Program-made: the position numbers and the translations under genes | The notes under the pieces: model-generated | What the model saw: only the letters and a program-made list of their open reading frames with translations | Databases searched by the model: none | Told to the model about the DNA's origin: nothing | From: a candidate division WOR-3 bacterium | GTDB lineage: Bacteria > Hydrothermota > Hydrothermia > LBFQ01 | Length of the DNA stretch: 64,000 nucleotides | Reading direction: 5' to 3' | Assembly (NCBI GenBank): GCA_027050205.1 | Contig: JALUCS010000104.1 | Coordinates: 19,711-83,710, forward strand | Part shown: one piece after another, positions 29,310-39,456 of the stretch | Position numbering within the stretch: position 1 is the first letter of the stretch | How the letters are laid out: each line of letters begins with the position of its first letter

Positions 29310-29891
29310 ATGATAGAAATCAGGATCCACGGTCGTGGAGGACAGGGGGCCGTAGTGGCCTCCGAGATCCTGGCCAAAGCCTTTTTCAAGGAGGGGAAGT
29401 ACATACAGTCTTTCCCCCACTTTGGTGTGGAGAGGCGCGGCGCTCCCGTCGCCGCCTTCGTGCGCGTTGGAGACCCCGGAAGCCTCTTCGTCCGCACCAA
29501 CATCTACGAGCCGGACCACATCATCGTTCTGGACCCCACGCTCCTTACGGCCGTAAACGTGATGGAGGGCCTCAAGCCCGGAGGGTGGATAGTGGTCAAC
29601 ACCCCCCAGTCCCCGGAGGAGATAGTTGAGGAGGTGGGGATACCGCCCATGTACAAGGTAGCCACGGTGGACGCCACGTCCATAGCCATAAAGCACGGAC
29701 TCGGCAGCAAGATGACGCCCATCGTGAATACGGCCATACTCGGAGCCTTCGTCCGGGCCTTCGGACAGCCCTCCCTTGAGAACCTCCTCGCCGCCATAAA
29801 GGAGGAGGTACCCGTAAAGCCGGAGGAGAACGCCGCCGCCGCGCGGGAGGCTTACGAGAGTACGAGGATCTTAGTACCACAGGAGGTGTAA
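29310..29891 (+). CDS. porC: 2-oxoacid (pyruvate):ferredoxin oxidoreductase gamma subunit
   Basis: MIEIRIHGRGGQG, FGVERRGAPV, IVNTAILGA; TATAAT 29283-29288 and SD AGGAGG 29298-29303. Confidence 0.92.
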   Translation: MIEIRIHGRGGQGAVVASEILAKAFFKEGKYIQSFPHFGVERRGAPVAAFVRVGDPGSLFVRTNIYEPDHIIVLDPTLLTAVNVMEGLKPGGWIVVNTPQSPEEIVEEVGIPPMYKVATVDATSIAIKHGLGSKMTPIVNTAILGAFVRAFGQPSLENLLAAIKEEVPVKPEENAAAAREAYESTRILVPQEV

Positions 29892-29892
29892 G

Positions 29893-31527
29893 ATGGCGAA
29901 GAAGTACGACTTCAAGGCTTCGGAGCTGCCCATATCTCCGATAACCCTGACCACCACCCTGGAGAACCCCACGGGTGGGTGGAGGAGCTACAAGCCCGTG
30001 ATAAAGAACAAGTCCGCCCCCTGTACTATGACCTGCCCCACGAAGGTACTCATCCCCCACTTCATAGACTCCCTCGTCAAGGGGGATCTGGACATGGCCG
30101 CCAACCTACTCCACAGGAACAACCCCTTCCCCTCCATAACCGGGCGCCTGTGCCACGCACCGTGTGAGCTGTCTTGCAACAGGGGTAAGTACGACGAGCC
30201 GGTCTCTATAAAGCAGCTGGAGAGGTTCGTAGGGGACTACTACCTTGACAAGAAGGGCAAGCCCCCGAGGAGGGAGACGGGCAAGAGGGTGGCGATAATT
30301 GGCGGGGGCCTGGCCGGCCTTTCGGCGGCGTACTATTTGAGGTCCAAGGGCCACGAGGTGGTGGTGTACGACCGCAACCCCGAAGTCGGGGGCTACCTGC
30401 GGTACGCCGTCCCCGAGTACAGGCTACCCTTGGCCATCCTTGAGGCGGAGGTGGCCGCCCTTGAGAAGATGGGGGTGAAGTTCATAACCGGCGTTGAGGT
30501 GGGGAAGGACGTCCCCTTTGAGGAGTTGAGGACGAAGTACGACGCCGTCCTCGTAGCCCACGGCTCCTCGGCGGAGGTGAAACCCGACTTCCCCGGTGCG
30601 GACCTGCTGAAGTCCGGAAGGGAACTCCTTAAGGAGGTACGGGCCGGAAAGAGGCCGGAGGCCTCCGGAAGGGTGGCGGTGGTCGGAGACGGTGGGACGG
30701 CCTTTGAGGTCGCCCGTGTCCTCAAGAGGCTCGGAGCCGACCCCTTCGTCATATACCCCTCCGGCAAGATAACCGTCCCCTTCCACGAGAGGCAGCTCCT
30801 GACGATGGCCGAGGAGGAGGGCATAAAGTTCTTCTTCGGCGAGATACCCGTAAAGGCCCAGAAGATGGACGGGATGATAGAGCTGACCGTCGCCGAGGCG
30901 GAGGATGGGGAGCCGGTGGCCGGTACCGAGCATGGGATGACCTTCAACGGGGTCTTCTACGCCTACGAGGGCAGGGTTGAGACCTCCTTCCTCCCCGACG
31001 AGATAGTTGAAGGTGGCTACGTCAAGGCCAGCCGCAAGGACGCTAAGACGCCCGTAGAGGGGGTCTTCGCCGCCGGAGAGGCCGTCCTCGGTCCCTCACC
31101 CGTCGCCAACATCGTATACTCCGGGAGGGTGGCCGCCGCCTCAATAGACGCCTACCTGAAGGGCAGGACCTACACCCCGGAGACCTTCCCGGAGGTGGTC
31201 GGGTACGACAGGATAATAACCGACTACTTCCCTCCCGCCCCCAGGGTGCCGGAGCTGAAACTCTCCGTGGAGGAGAGGGTAAGGTCCCTCACCCGTGAGG
31301 AGGTGATAGGCTACACCCAGGAGCTGGCTATGAAGGAGGCGGAGAGGTGCTTCTCCTGCGGCTTCTGCAACGCCTGCGGCAACTGCTACGTCTTCTGCCC
31401 CGACTACACCATCAAGTGGGTCCACGGACGCCCGAAGGTGGACTACGAGTACTGCAAGGGGTGCGGGATATGCTCCGAGGAGTGTCCGAGGGGCGTGATA
31501 GACATGGTGAGGGAGAGGGAGTTTTGA
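29893..31527 (+). CDS. POR delta-like subunit fused with a GltD/SudA-like FAD/NAD(P) oxidoreductase
   Basis: PorD N-terminal TGGWRSYKP; GltD-like CxxxCP, GRLCHAPCE..C, GGGLAGL; C-terminal ferredoxin CNACGNC...CP / DYEYCKGCGICSEECP. Confidence 0.85.
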   Translation: MAKKYDFKASELPISPITLTTTLENPTGGWRSYKPVIKNKSAPCTMTCPTKVLIPHFIDSLVKGDLDMAANLLHRNNPFPSITGRLCHAPCELSCNRGKYDEPVSIKQLERFVGDYYLDKKGKPPRRETGKRVAIIGGGLAGLSAAYYLRSKGHEVVVYDRNPEVGGYLRYAVPEYRLPLAILEAEVAALEKMGVKFITGVEVGKDVPFEELRTKYDAVLVAHGSSAEVKPDFPGADLLKSGRELLKEVRAGKRPEASGRVAVVGDGGTAFEVARVLKRLGADPFVIYPSGKITVPFHERQLLTMAEEEGIKFFFGEIPVKAQKMDGMIELTVAEAEDGEPVAGTEHGMTFNGVFYAYEGRVETSFLPDEIVEGGYVKASRKDAKTPVEGVFAAGEAVLGPSPVANIVYSGRVAAASIDAYLKGRTYTPETFPEVVGYDRIITDYFPPAPRVPELKLSVEERVRSLTREEVIGYTQELAMKEAERCFSCGFCNACGNCYVFCPDYTIKWVHGRPKVDYEYCKGCGICSEECPRGVIDMVREREF

Positions 31528-31552
31528 CAGGGCTTAGAAACAGGAGGGTAGA

Positions 31553-32728
31553 ATGAAACTGTTAGAGAAGAGTACCTACATGGTTTTGAAGGGGAACTAC
31601 GCCGTAGCGTACGGCGTGAAGTTGGCCAGGGTGGAGGTGATCTCCGCCTACCCCATCACCCCACAGACCACCATAGCCGAGAAGTTGGCCGATATGACGG
31701 CCACCGGGGAGCTGAAGGCCCGCTTCATAACCGTTGAGTCCGAGCATTCCGCCATATCCGCCGTCATCGCCTCCTCTATGGCCGGGGCTAGGTCCTTCAC
31801 GGCCACGGCCTCGCAGGGGCTGGCCCTGATGCACGAGATGCTGCACTGGGCCGTGGGGGCGCGCGCTCCCGTGGTGCTGGCCAACGTGAACAGGGCCTTG
31901 GCCCCCTCGTGGAACATATGGACGGAGCAGACGGACTCCCTCGCCCAGAGGGACACGGGCTGGATCCAGATATACAACGAGTCCAACCAGGAGGTCCTGG
32001 ACAGCACCATCCTCGCCTTCAAGATAGCAGAGAGGGTCTATCTGCCTACAATGCTGGTCCTGGATGCCTTCATCCTCTCCCACACCTCCGAGCCGGTTGA
32101 GGTCTATCCGCAGGAGCTCGTAGACGAGTTCCTCCCGCCCTACCACCACCCTAACGCCATAAACTTTGACGACCCGCGGGCCATAGGGGCCTTTGCCCGT
32201 CCGGACTACTACATGGAGTTCCGGTACAACATCCAGAAGGCGCACGAGGAGGCCCTGAAGGTCTTCAAGGAGGAGACAGAGCTCTTCGCCGATATGTTCG
32301 GCCGCAAGTACGACACGGTTGAGGAGTTCATGTTAGACGATGCGGACTACGTCCTCGTCCTCGCCGGAAGCACCACGACGACCGCCAAGTACGCCGTGGC
32401 CAAGCTCCGTGAGAGGGGCGAGAAGGTGGGCATAATGAAGATAAAGCTCTTCAGGCCCTTCCCCGTAGAGGACGTACGCAGGGTACTGGCCGGCCGGAAG
32501 AAGGTCGCCGTGATAGACAGGAACGTCTCCTTCGGACACTCCGGCATCTTCTACATGGAGACCAAGGCGGCTATGTACGGTGCCAAGGACAGGCCTCCTA
32601 TCTTCGGCTACGTCGCCGGACTCGGAGGCAGGGACATCCGTCCGCAGGACATCATAGACATCTACGAGGATATGAAGAGGAGAGAGGAGATGGACAGCAA
32701 CGTAATCTGGAAGGGGGTAAGAGTATGA
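31553..32728 (+). CDS. porA: 2-oxoacid:ferredoxin oxidoreductase alpha subunit
   Basis: AYPITPQT, VESEHSA, TATASQGL, FRPFP, GLGGRDI. Confidence 0.95.
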   Translation: MKLLEKSTYMVLKGNYAVAYGVKLARVEVISAYPITPQTTIAEKLADMTATGELKARFITVESEHSAISAVIASSMAGARSFTATASQGLALMHEMLHWAVGARAPVVLANVNRALAPSWNIWTEQTDSLAQRDTGWIQIYNESNQEVLDSTILAFKIAERVYLPTMLVLDAFILSHTSEPVEVYPQELVDEFLPPYHHPNAINFDDPRAIGAFARPDYYMEFRYNIQKAHEEALKVFKEETELFADMFGRKYDTVEEFMLDDADYVLVLAGSTTTTAKYAVAKLRERGEKVGIMKIKLFRPFPVEDVRRVLAGRKKVAVIDRNVSFGHSGIFYMETKAAMYGAKDRPPIFGYVAGLGGRDIRPQDIIDIYEDMKRREEMDSNVIWKGVRV

Positions 32729-33669
32729 GCTGGACCTGGGTAGAGGTAAAACCCAACGAGAACGACCTGCTCAATTCGGGTCATCTGGCATGTCAGGGGT
32801 GCGGCGCCACCATAGCCGCACGTCTGGCTCTCAAGGCCTTAGGGCCTAAGACGGTCTTCGTGATACCGGCATCCTGCTGGAGCGTGATTGACGGGGCATG
32901 GCCCCAGCACGCCCTAAAGATACCCGTATTCCACACGGCCTTTGAGACGGCCGCCATAGCCGCCACCGGTATAAGGGCGGCCCTTGATATGAAGGGGATG
33001 TACGACGTCAACGTCGTGGCGTGGGCCGGGGACGGTGGCACGTTTGATATCGGACTTCAGGCCCTCTCCGGAGCCGCCGAGAGGAACGAGAACATCATCT
33101 ACGTCACGTACGATAACGAGGCCTATATGAACACGGGCATACAGAGGTCCTCCTCAACCCCCATAGGGGCCTGGACCACCACGACGCCCGACGAGAGGCC
33201 GGAGGACAGGCCCAAGAAGAACATGATGGAGATCCTGGCCGCCCACAGGGTACCCTACGCCGCCACGGCCAGTATAGCCTTCCCCGACGACTTTGTGCGA
33301 AAGCTCAAGAAGGCCTCCCAGATAAAGGGCTTCAGGTTCATCCACGTATTCTCGCCATGCCCTCCGGGGTGGAAGATGGCCTCTCACCTGTCGGTGAAGG
33401 TCGCCCGCCTCGCCGTTGAGACGAAGATATTCCCCCTCTACGAGATAGAGGACGGGGAGTTATATACCATCAACTACTGGCCCAAGGGCCTCCCGGTTGA
33501 GGAGTACCTGAAGCTCCAGGGCAGGTTCAGGCCGGTGTTGAGGGACCCGGAGCGCCTTGCGTACGTCCAGAGGTTCGTGGACCACGAGTGGGAGAAGTTG
33601 GTGAGGAAGCACGAGGCCACACACGGCTACCTGCCAGAGGAGGCGAAGAGGACGACTGCAGCCTTTTAG
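32725..33669 (+). CDS. porB: 2-oxoacid:ferredoxin oxidoreductase beta subunit
   Basis: GHLACQGCG, GDGGTFDIG TPP motif, DNEAYMNTGIQRS, SPCPPGW. Confidence 0.95.
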   Translation: MSWTWVEVKPNENDLLNSGHLACQGCGATIAARLALKALGPKTVFVIPASCWSVIDGAWPQHALKIPVFHTAFETAAIAATGIRAALDMKGMYDVNVVAWAGDGGTFDIGLQALSGAAERNENIIYVTYDNEAYMNTGIQRSSSTPIGAWTTTTPDERPEDRPKKNMMEILAAHRVPYAATASIAFPDDFVRKLKKASQIKGFRFIHVFSPCPPGWKMASHLSVKVARLAVETKIFPLYEIEDGELYTINYWPKGLPVEEYLKLQGRFRPVLRDPERLAYVQRFVDHEWEKLVRKHEATHGYLPEEAKRTTAAF

Positions 33670-33672
33670 CGG

Positions 33673-33690
33673 AGGGGGGGCTTCCCCCCT
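33673..33690 (+). terminator. G/C hairpin after por operon, possible terminator
   Basis: AGGGGGG-GCTT-CCCCCCT directly after the porB stop; no clear U-tract. Confidence 0.5.
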
Positions 33691-33711
33691 CTCCCCCTTA
33701 AAATCCGGGGG

Positions 33712-35151
33712 ATGGTTCTCGTTGTTGGTTATGTCGTTTGGGATGTGAGGATTGACGGGGGGAGCGACGATAGGTGCTACTCTGCCATCGTCTTACCGGA
33801 CGGTTCTCCCGTCCTCTCCGGAAACTACGGCAACTCCGTCTACGTGGCGAAGGTCTCACCGGGGGACGGGAGCTTCGTCTGGCAGTACGTCTTCGCCTTC
33901 CCCGGCGACGGCAGGTCCAACGCCAAGTCCCTCCTCTTTGACCCCACCGACTCCACCCTCGTAATAGGGGGTACGGCCTACCCCTACTCCGGGGACGATC
34001 AGGCCTGCGGCTTCGTCGCCAAGGTCCGGGACGGTAGTACGGTATGGATGTACGTGGACTCGGCCGACGGGTGCGGTCGCAGGGAGGGGTTCTCCGGCGT
34101 GGTGATGGGTGGAGACGGCCACTACTACGCCTACGGCACGGACTACGAGACCTACAGCTCCGACCTCTTTACCCCCAGCCGTCGCTTCGTCCTGAAGATA
34201 GACAGGGGAACGGGGAGTAAGGTCTGGAGGTACCAGCCGGGAGGGTACTCCTACACGGCGGCGACTCCCCTACCCGACGGCTCCATCGTAGCCGTTGGCT
34301 TCGGTGCGGACGCCGAAGCCCAGAGGGTGGGGGCGGACGGTGGGGAGATCTGGAGCATCACCCCGGACAACGGGAAGTTCTGGGATGTAATCGTAGCCCC
34401 GAACGGCCACCCCGTCGTGGCGGGAATAAAGGACGGGGACTTCTACGTCGCCCAACTCCAGAGGGAGACGGGGGGTATCAGGTGGGTCTATACGGCCAAC
34501 GGTTCAGATGACGACGATGACGTCGCCTTCGCCTTATCTACGGACGGCCTCTACATCTACGCCGCCGGCTACTTGGATAACGGCATAAACGGTCTGGACG
34601 CGCACGTAGTCAAGTTGGATACCCTCGGCAACCTCCTCTGGAGCTACACCTACAACGGTCCCTTCAACTCCGATGACGCCTTCCGCACCCTGTCGCCGGT
34701 CGGAGGGGGGATAGTGGCGGGGGGATACTCCGTCGGTGCCGGTACGGGGAGGGACGTCCTCCTCCTTAGACTCAACGGGGACGGGGACACCCTCTGGAGT
34801 CTCACCTACGACTCCCCTTACTCTCTTGACGATGAGGTCCGGGCAGTCGCCGTAAGCGGCGGGGAACTGTACGTATGCGGGAACTCCAAGTCCTCTCCAA
34901 CCGACGGGGACATCCTCCTCCTCAAGGTCTCGGACCCTACGGAAGCCCCAGAAGACGAGGGGGGTAGCCTCTCCCTCTCAACGGTGGGTGGCACCCTCGT
35001 ACTTGAGGGGTACGGCAGAGCTGTCCTCTACGACGTCTCCGGCCGGAAGGTTAAAGAGGTGGAGGTACGGGGAAGGGCGGAGTTGAGACCGGGGAAGGGT
35101 GCCTACTTCTTGAGGTTTAGGGGGCGGACCTACCGGGTGATCCTCCGTTAG
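33712..35151 (+). CDS. Secreted beta-propeller (PQQ/delta-60-like repeats) with T9SS-like CTD
   Basis: Repeated K...G...W.Y motifs; CTD LYDVSGR...GAYF...VILR; TAAAAT 33699-33704. Confidence 0.8.
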   Translation: MVLVVGYVVWDVRIDGGSDDRCYSAIVLPDGSPVLSGNYGNSVYVAKVSPGDGSFVWQYVFAFPGDGRSNAKSLLFDPTDSTLVIGGTAYPYSGDDQACGFVAKVRDGSTVWMYVDSADGCGRREGFSGVVMGGDGHYYAYGTDYETYSSDLFTPSRRFVLKIDRGTGSKVWRYQPGGYSYTAATPLPDGSIVAVGFGADAEAQRVGADGGEIWSITPDNGKFWDVIVAPNGHPVVAGIKDGDFYVAQLQRETGGIRWVYTANGSDDDDDVAFALSTDGLYIYAAGYLDNGINGLDAHVVKLDTLGNLLWSYTYNGPFNSDDAFRTLSPVGGGIVAGGYSVGAGTGRDVLLLRLNGDGDTLWSLTYDSPYSLDDEVRAVAVSGGELYVCGNSKSSPTDGDILLLKVSDPTEAPEDEGGSLSLSTVGGTLVLEGYGRAVLYDVSGRKVKEVEVRGRAELRPGKGAYFLRFRGRTYRVILR

Positions 35152-36029
35152 AGGGCGTAGAAGTCCCGCTCTATCGCCCTGACCTGGGCCTTCAGGTTCG
35201 CGAGGAAGGCGTACTTCGGCTGATTCAAGCGGTTCTTCTCGTAGACCTCCACCATCACCCTATCCCTTACACACTCCCACTCCCCGCCGCAACCCTCGTA
35301 AATCTCCCGCAGCAGGGATACGTACCTCTTGGTGGCGGCCTCGCTCAAACTAAGGTACCTCTTGACCTCCCTCCTCCCCTCTATCAACCTGACGTGGGGG
35401 AGGCCGAGGACCTCTATATCGTACTCCCGGAGCCTACGGAGGCTGTTCAGGTAATCTATCACGCTCGTAAGGAACTGCGGTAGGATGTACGTCCCCTCGG
35501 CGTTGGTAACACCGGCCGCCTCCCCTACCACCATCAGCCTTTCGGGGAGGACGTAGTAGGACACGGAGTCCTTAGTGTGGCCGGGAGTATATACGACTTC
35601 TATCTCCCCTCCCTCCCACTCCAACCTCTGCCCGTCCTCAAGGGGTAGCCCCTCCCTCGGAGGTACGAAGGTGTAGCGCTCGGCGTCTGGATCCCCCAAG
35701 GCGGCCATCTCCTTCCTGTTCATCTCCTCTATGAACTTTACCACCCTCTCCCTAGCCATCACCTCGTAGAAGTAGGGATGGGCGGCCGTGGTGTGCTTAC
35801 CCACCTCCCGTACGTAGGTGTATCCGCCTATGTGGTCGTAATGGGAGTGGGTGAACAGGATCCTCCCCACCTTCAGGCCTTCCCCCTTCAGGAAGGCGGC
35901 TATCCTCTTGCCCCAATAACCCGTTCCGACGTCTATTAGGGTGTCTCCGACGAGATAGACGAAGGCGTACGGCCCGCCTAAGATCCGGACACCCCCGTAC
36001 CTCCTCTGTGAGAAGTCTAAAGCCCGCAC
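35148..36029 (-). CDS. Metallo-beta-lactamase fold hydrolase
   Basis: THSHYDHIGG, TPGHT motifs. Confidence 0.9.
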   Translation of the reverse strand: MRALDFSQRRYGGVRILGGPYAFVYLVGDTLIDVGTGYWGKRIAAFLKGEGLKVGRILFTHSHYDHIGGYTYVREVGKHTTAAHPYFYEVMARERVVKFIEEMNRKEMAALGDPDAERYTFVPPREGLPLEDGQRLEWEGGEIEVVYTPGHTKDSVSYYVLPERLMVVGEAAGVTNAEGTYILPQFLTSVIDYLNSLRRLREYDIEVLGLPHVRLIEGRREVKRYLSLSEAATKRYVSLLREIYEGCGGEWECVRDRVMVEVYEKNRLNQPKYAFLANLKAQVRAIERDFYAL

Positions 36030-36032
36030 GCC

Positions 36033-36692
36033 CTATTCTACGGGTGTGAGGTCTACGTAGTGAAACCGCCCCTCCCTGACGACCCTCCTACCCAACCGGA
36101 AGCTTATGGGTTTGGAGAAGATGGGGCCGTCGTACACGAAGGTGTGGAACTCCCCCCTCTCGCCGCAGGGGTCCACACCCGGAGGCAGGTCCTCAAGGAA
36201 ACGGCCATCGTACTCCCGGCCGACGAACTCCCCGGAAAGTTGCTCCCCGTCCACCGAGACGACCACCGCCCTGAACCCTAGGGACAGAAACTCCCTCGCC
36301 AGTTCCTCCGTATTCCTTCCCCAAAGGGGGAAGTGTCCTCTCCATCCCCCCTTCATAAGCCTCTCCTCTCGGTACCTCCTGACGTCCTCCAAGAAGATAT
36401 CCCCAAAGACGACCACCCTGTCGGGGTCTATCCCTTTCAACTCCTCCATCGCCTCGGCCATCCTCCTCTCGTACTCTTCGTTGGTGCATCCCTGCGGTAT
36501 GAAGACCTCGTACAGGGGGATACCGATGGAGGCGGCCTGTAGCCTCAAGAGTTCCCGTCTGACCCCGTGAATGGAGACGCGGTCGTACCCCTCCGTCACC
36601 GTAGTCAGGAGCCTCGTAATGTTGTGTCCCTCGTTGAGGACGGTATGGAGGGCGAGGGAGCTGTCCTTACCTCCGCTGAAGGCTACGATCAA
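36033..36692 (-). CDS. MJ0570/Dph6 (diphthine-ammonia ligase-like) PP-loop ATPase
   Basis: FSGGKDS, FGDIFL, FPLW, DPCGERGEFHTFVYDGP. Confidence 0.9.
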   Translation of the reverse strand: MIVAFSGGKDSSLALHTVLNEGHNITRLLTTVTEGYDRVSIHGVRRELLRLQAASIGIPLYEVFIPQGCTNEEYERRMAEAMEELKGIDPDRVVVFGDIFLEDVRRYREERLMKGGWRGHFPLWGRNTEELAREFLSLGFRAVVVSVDGEQLSGEFVGREYDGRFLEDLPPGVDPCGERGEFHTFVYDGPIFSKPISFRLGRRVVREGRFHYVDLTPVE

Positions 36693-36716
36693 GGGGGTAT
36701 TCTAAGCCGTGAAGAT

Positions 36717-36741
36717 AAAAAAAGGGGGGCCGAAGCCCCCC
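36717..36741 (-). terminator. Rho-independent terminator of citrate synthase
   Basis: Minus strand GGGGGGC-TTCG-GCCCCCC-TTTTTTT. Confidence 0.9.
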
Positions 36742-36762
36742 GTTGCGCTCATTGAGAGGTCC

Positions 36763-37893
36763 TTACCTCTCGTCTATGGGGATGTACTTCTTGTCTATCT
36801 CGCCCTTGTAGATGGCGCGAGGCCTGAAGATGCGGTTGTCCTCAAGGTACTCAAGGACGTGGGCCGTCCATCCGGCGACGCGGGAGATGGCGAAGATGGG
36901 CGTGAAGAGGTCGGTATCTATGCCGAGGGCGTTGTAGACGAGGCCGGAGTAGAAGTCCACGTTCGGGAAGATGCCCTTCTGGCCCTTCTCCCGGATCATG
37001 ATCTCCTCAACCTTGACGGCGGTCTGATAGAACTCGCTCCTCTTGGTCAGCTCCTCGGCGAACTTCTTGAGGATGCGGGCGCGAGGATCGTAGGCCTTGT
37101 AGACCCTGTGGCCGAAGCCCATCACCCTCTCCTTCTTGGCGAGCTTGTCAAGGATGTACTTCTCGGCGTTCTCCGGGGAGCCAATCTCCTGAAGCATCTT
37201 CAGGACCCTCTCGTTGGCTCCACCGTGGAGGGGTCCCTTGAGGGCGGCGACACCGCCCGTGATGGCGGAGTACATGTCGGAGAGGGTGGAAGCTATCACC
37301 ATGGTGGTGAAGGTGGAAGCGTTCATACCGTGGTCCGCGTGGAGGATGAGGGCGACGTCCATCACCCTGGTCTCGTAGTCGCTGGGCCTCTCACCCTTGA
37401 GCATATAGAGGAAGTTGGCGGCGTGGCCGAGGGTGGGGTCAGGAGGCACGAGGTCCAGACCCTTGCGGGCCCTGTCAAAGTAGGCCACTATGGTGGGGAA
37501 CTTGGCTATGAGGCGGACGGAGATGCGGAACTTGGCCTCAAGGTCCTCAAGCTTGGCGTCGTAGTCGTAGGCCTCCAGGAGGGAGACCACCGTACGGAGG
37601 GCCGCCATGGGGTGGGTGTCGGGAGGGAGGTCAAGGATGAAGTCCACGACCTCTGGAGGCAGCTCCCTGGCGGAGCGGAGGGCGGCGTTGAACATCTTGA
37701 GCTCTTCCTTCTTGGGGAGGCGACGCAGGAGCAGGGCGAGGGCGACCTCCTCAAAGGTGGAGTACTCCGCCCACTCCTCTATGGGGATGCCCAGGTAGTA
37801 GAGCTTCCCCTCCTGACCGTTGATAAAGCTCAAAACGGTTTCAGCCGCCGGTACGCCTGCAAGCCCCTTGGAAAACGGATACTTCTCTGTCAT
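36763..37893 (-). CDS. gltA: Citrate synthase (short type; 2-methylcitrate synthase not excluded)
   Basis: HADHGMNAST, GPLHGGAN, GFGHRVYK.YDPR, PNVDFYSG; TAGAAT 37903-37908. Confidence 0.93.
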   Translation of the reverse strand: MTEKYPFSKGLAGVPAAETVLSFINGQEGKLYYLGIPIEEWAEYSTFEEVALALLLRRLPKKEELKMFNAALRSARELPPEVVDFILDLPPDTHPMAALRTVVSLLEAYDYDAKLEDLEAKFRISVRLIAKFPTIVAYFDRARKGLDLVPPDPTLGHAANFLYMLKGERPSDYETRVMDVALILHADHGMNASTFTTMVIASTLSDMYSAITGGVAALKGPLHGGANERVLKMLQEIGSPENAEKYILDKLAKKERVMGFGHRVYKAYDPRARILKKFAEELTKRSEFYQTAVKVEEIMIREKGQKGIFPNVDFYSGLVYNALGIDTDLFTPIFAISRVAGWTAHVLEYLEDNRIFRPRAIYKGEIDKKYIPIDER

Positions 37894-39456
37894 GGCGAAA
37901 AAATTCTAAGGTCGCCCCCCTCCCACCTACGCTCAGTAAATAAGAAATCCGTGCAGTCTTGCAGCTCAACCCCCTATAACTCCCTCCGTAGGGGACGCCC
38001 TCGTTATGCCGACGGGGTATTCGGAGGGGTGAAGATAGTCGCACCTCGGCGAGGGATGGATAGAATCGTTGAATAAGTAAAAATTTTCTCAAAATTTACG
38101 ATTTCTTGAAAATAGTTAAATTTAACCTTCAAAGCCGAGTATTACTCTGATAGAGTCCCCCACTTTCAAAAACCGAATGATACGAAAAATTCCGTTTAAT
38201 TGGATCGTTAGATGATGCATTACTCAATCTTGTCGGTAGAAAATCCACCGTCTGAAGTTGCGTTGGGCAGGGGTGCGAGGACCCATCCGTCTTTTCAAAA
38301 ATTGAAAGTCGGACTTCAACAAACCGTAAGTCGCCCTTTAACAACTGCAGATTTTGGACGGTATCTCCTACGCTCCATCTCCCCAAAAACCAATCCGGGA
38401 CCAAGGTTCCGACATCGGTACTCATTGAAAGCGGGGACATCCCCGTTGGCCGAATACGTCTCCTTGGAGATAATTTCACCGTTAAAGTGTCGGCATATGA
38501 GTGTCTCACCTTTACAAAAATACGCTGAAAAGTGCGACAGTGTGCTTTCCGGTAGAACGGCGGTCATAGGTCGTGTCCCAAAGTGTGGCCTTGGGCTGGA
38601 GAAATCGGGGTCGTTGGAGTTCTCCAAAAACCGGGAACTGCATTTTTTTACAATATGGAATATATCTGCGGAACTAAATTTTTTAATAGTACTCTCTTGG
38701 AACCGACAAAGTAAAAGTAAATTGATGAAACTGATAGTTGGGCTTCAAGATCCCTGTACTCCTCACTACCCATTAGCAGATTTTTTGAATAGAATTCCTG
38801 TGACCTACCTCCGGAAAGTTGAAACGGGGGTTCGGGAGGTACGGGATACAGTTCAATCCGGCTTCGGGATTTTTTACTCTTAGGAAATTTTACTTCAACT
38901 GCTCCTAAGGCTGCATTTATGCTACCTACCGAATATCCTACCCCTCTGTTGCCTATGAAGAAACAGTTAAGATTGCACAATCTCATAGAAGGCAACGGGA
39001 AGTGCGCTATCCGAACTCTTCAATTACTCCCAAATCGACCGCAATTCCTCATCAAGCCTGATACCATATCGGATTTTATTCCTCTGAAAGATTAACGGGT
39101 AGGTTTGAACGATATCCAAAATTCGCCCCTTAAGGGGTACTGCATTTTTGTGATAAAGATACAGCGAGCATCAAAGGACCGGTACCCTCACTTTGTAAAA
39201 CAACGGCCCAATTTCAGGATTTTGACGGTATTACCCACGACGGGGTATCAATGAATCCCCGGAAGCCCGATATAAGCCAAAGGCCCAACGGATCCGCCTT
39301 GACGGTCATCCTATTTACCGGATATTTCCGCATCCTTAGAATAGGGGCCGTGGATGGCACCTTCGGGGTTCCTCCGATGTTTCACCGAATATGCGGAAAT
39401 GTAGGACAGTTTTATCGTAGCATTTTGATGGTATATAAAAATCTTTGCGTAAAATT
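37894..39456. repeat. AT-rich non-coding island E; repeats on minus strand at 38262-38342 and 38615-38690, plus strand near 38999
   Basis: No credible CDS; perfect AAGTCGGACTT core; repeat-terminal module shared with islands B and C. Confidence 0.7.

Noticed and set aside
36709..38076. 455-aa plus-strand ORF and other long antisense ORFs (7817..8611, 41994..42806, 46886..47563)
   Set aside because: Shadow frames opposite clear genes (gltA, pheS, asnS, glyQ), expected from GC-rich codon bias.
38129..38995. ORFs of 103-223 aa inside island E (and similar short ORFs in other islands)
   Set aside because: Atypical codons, no recognisable motifs, overlapping on both strands; recurring peptides such as KSDLRF merely reflect the 22-bp DNA repeat.
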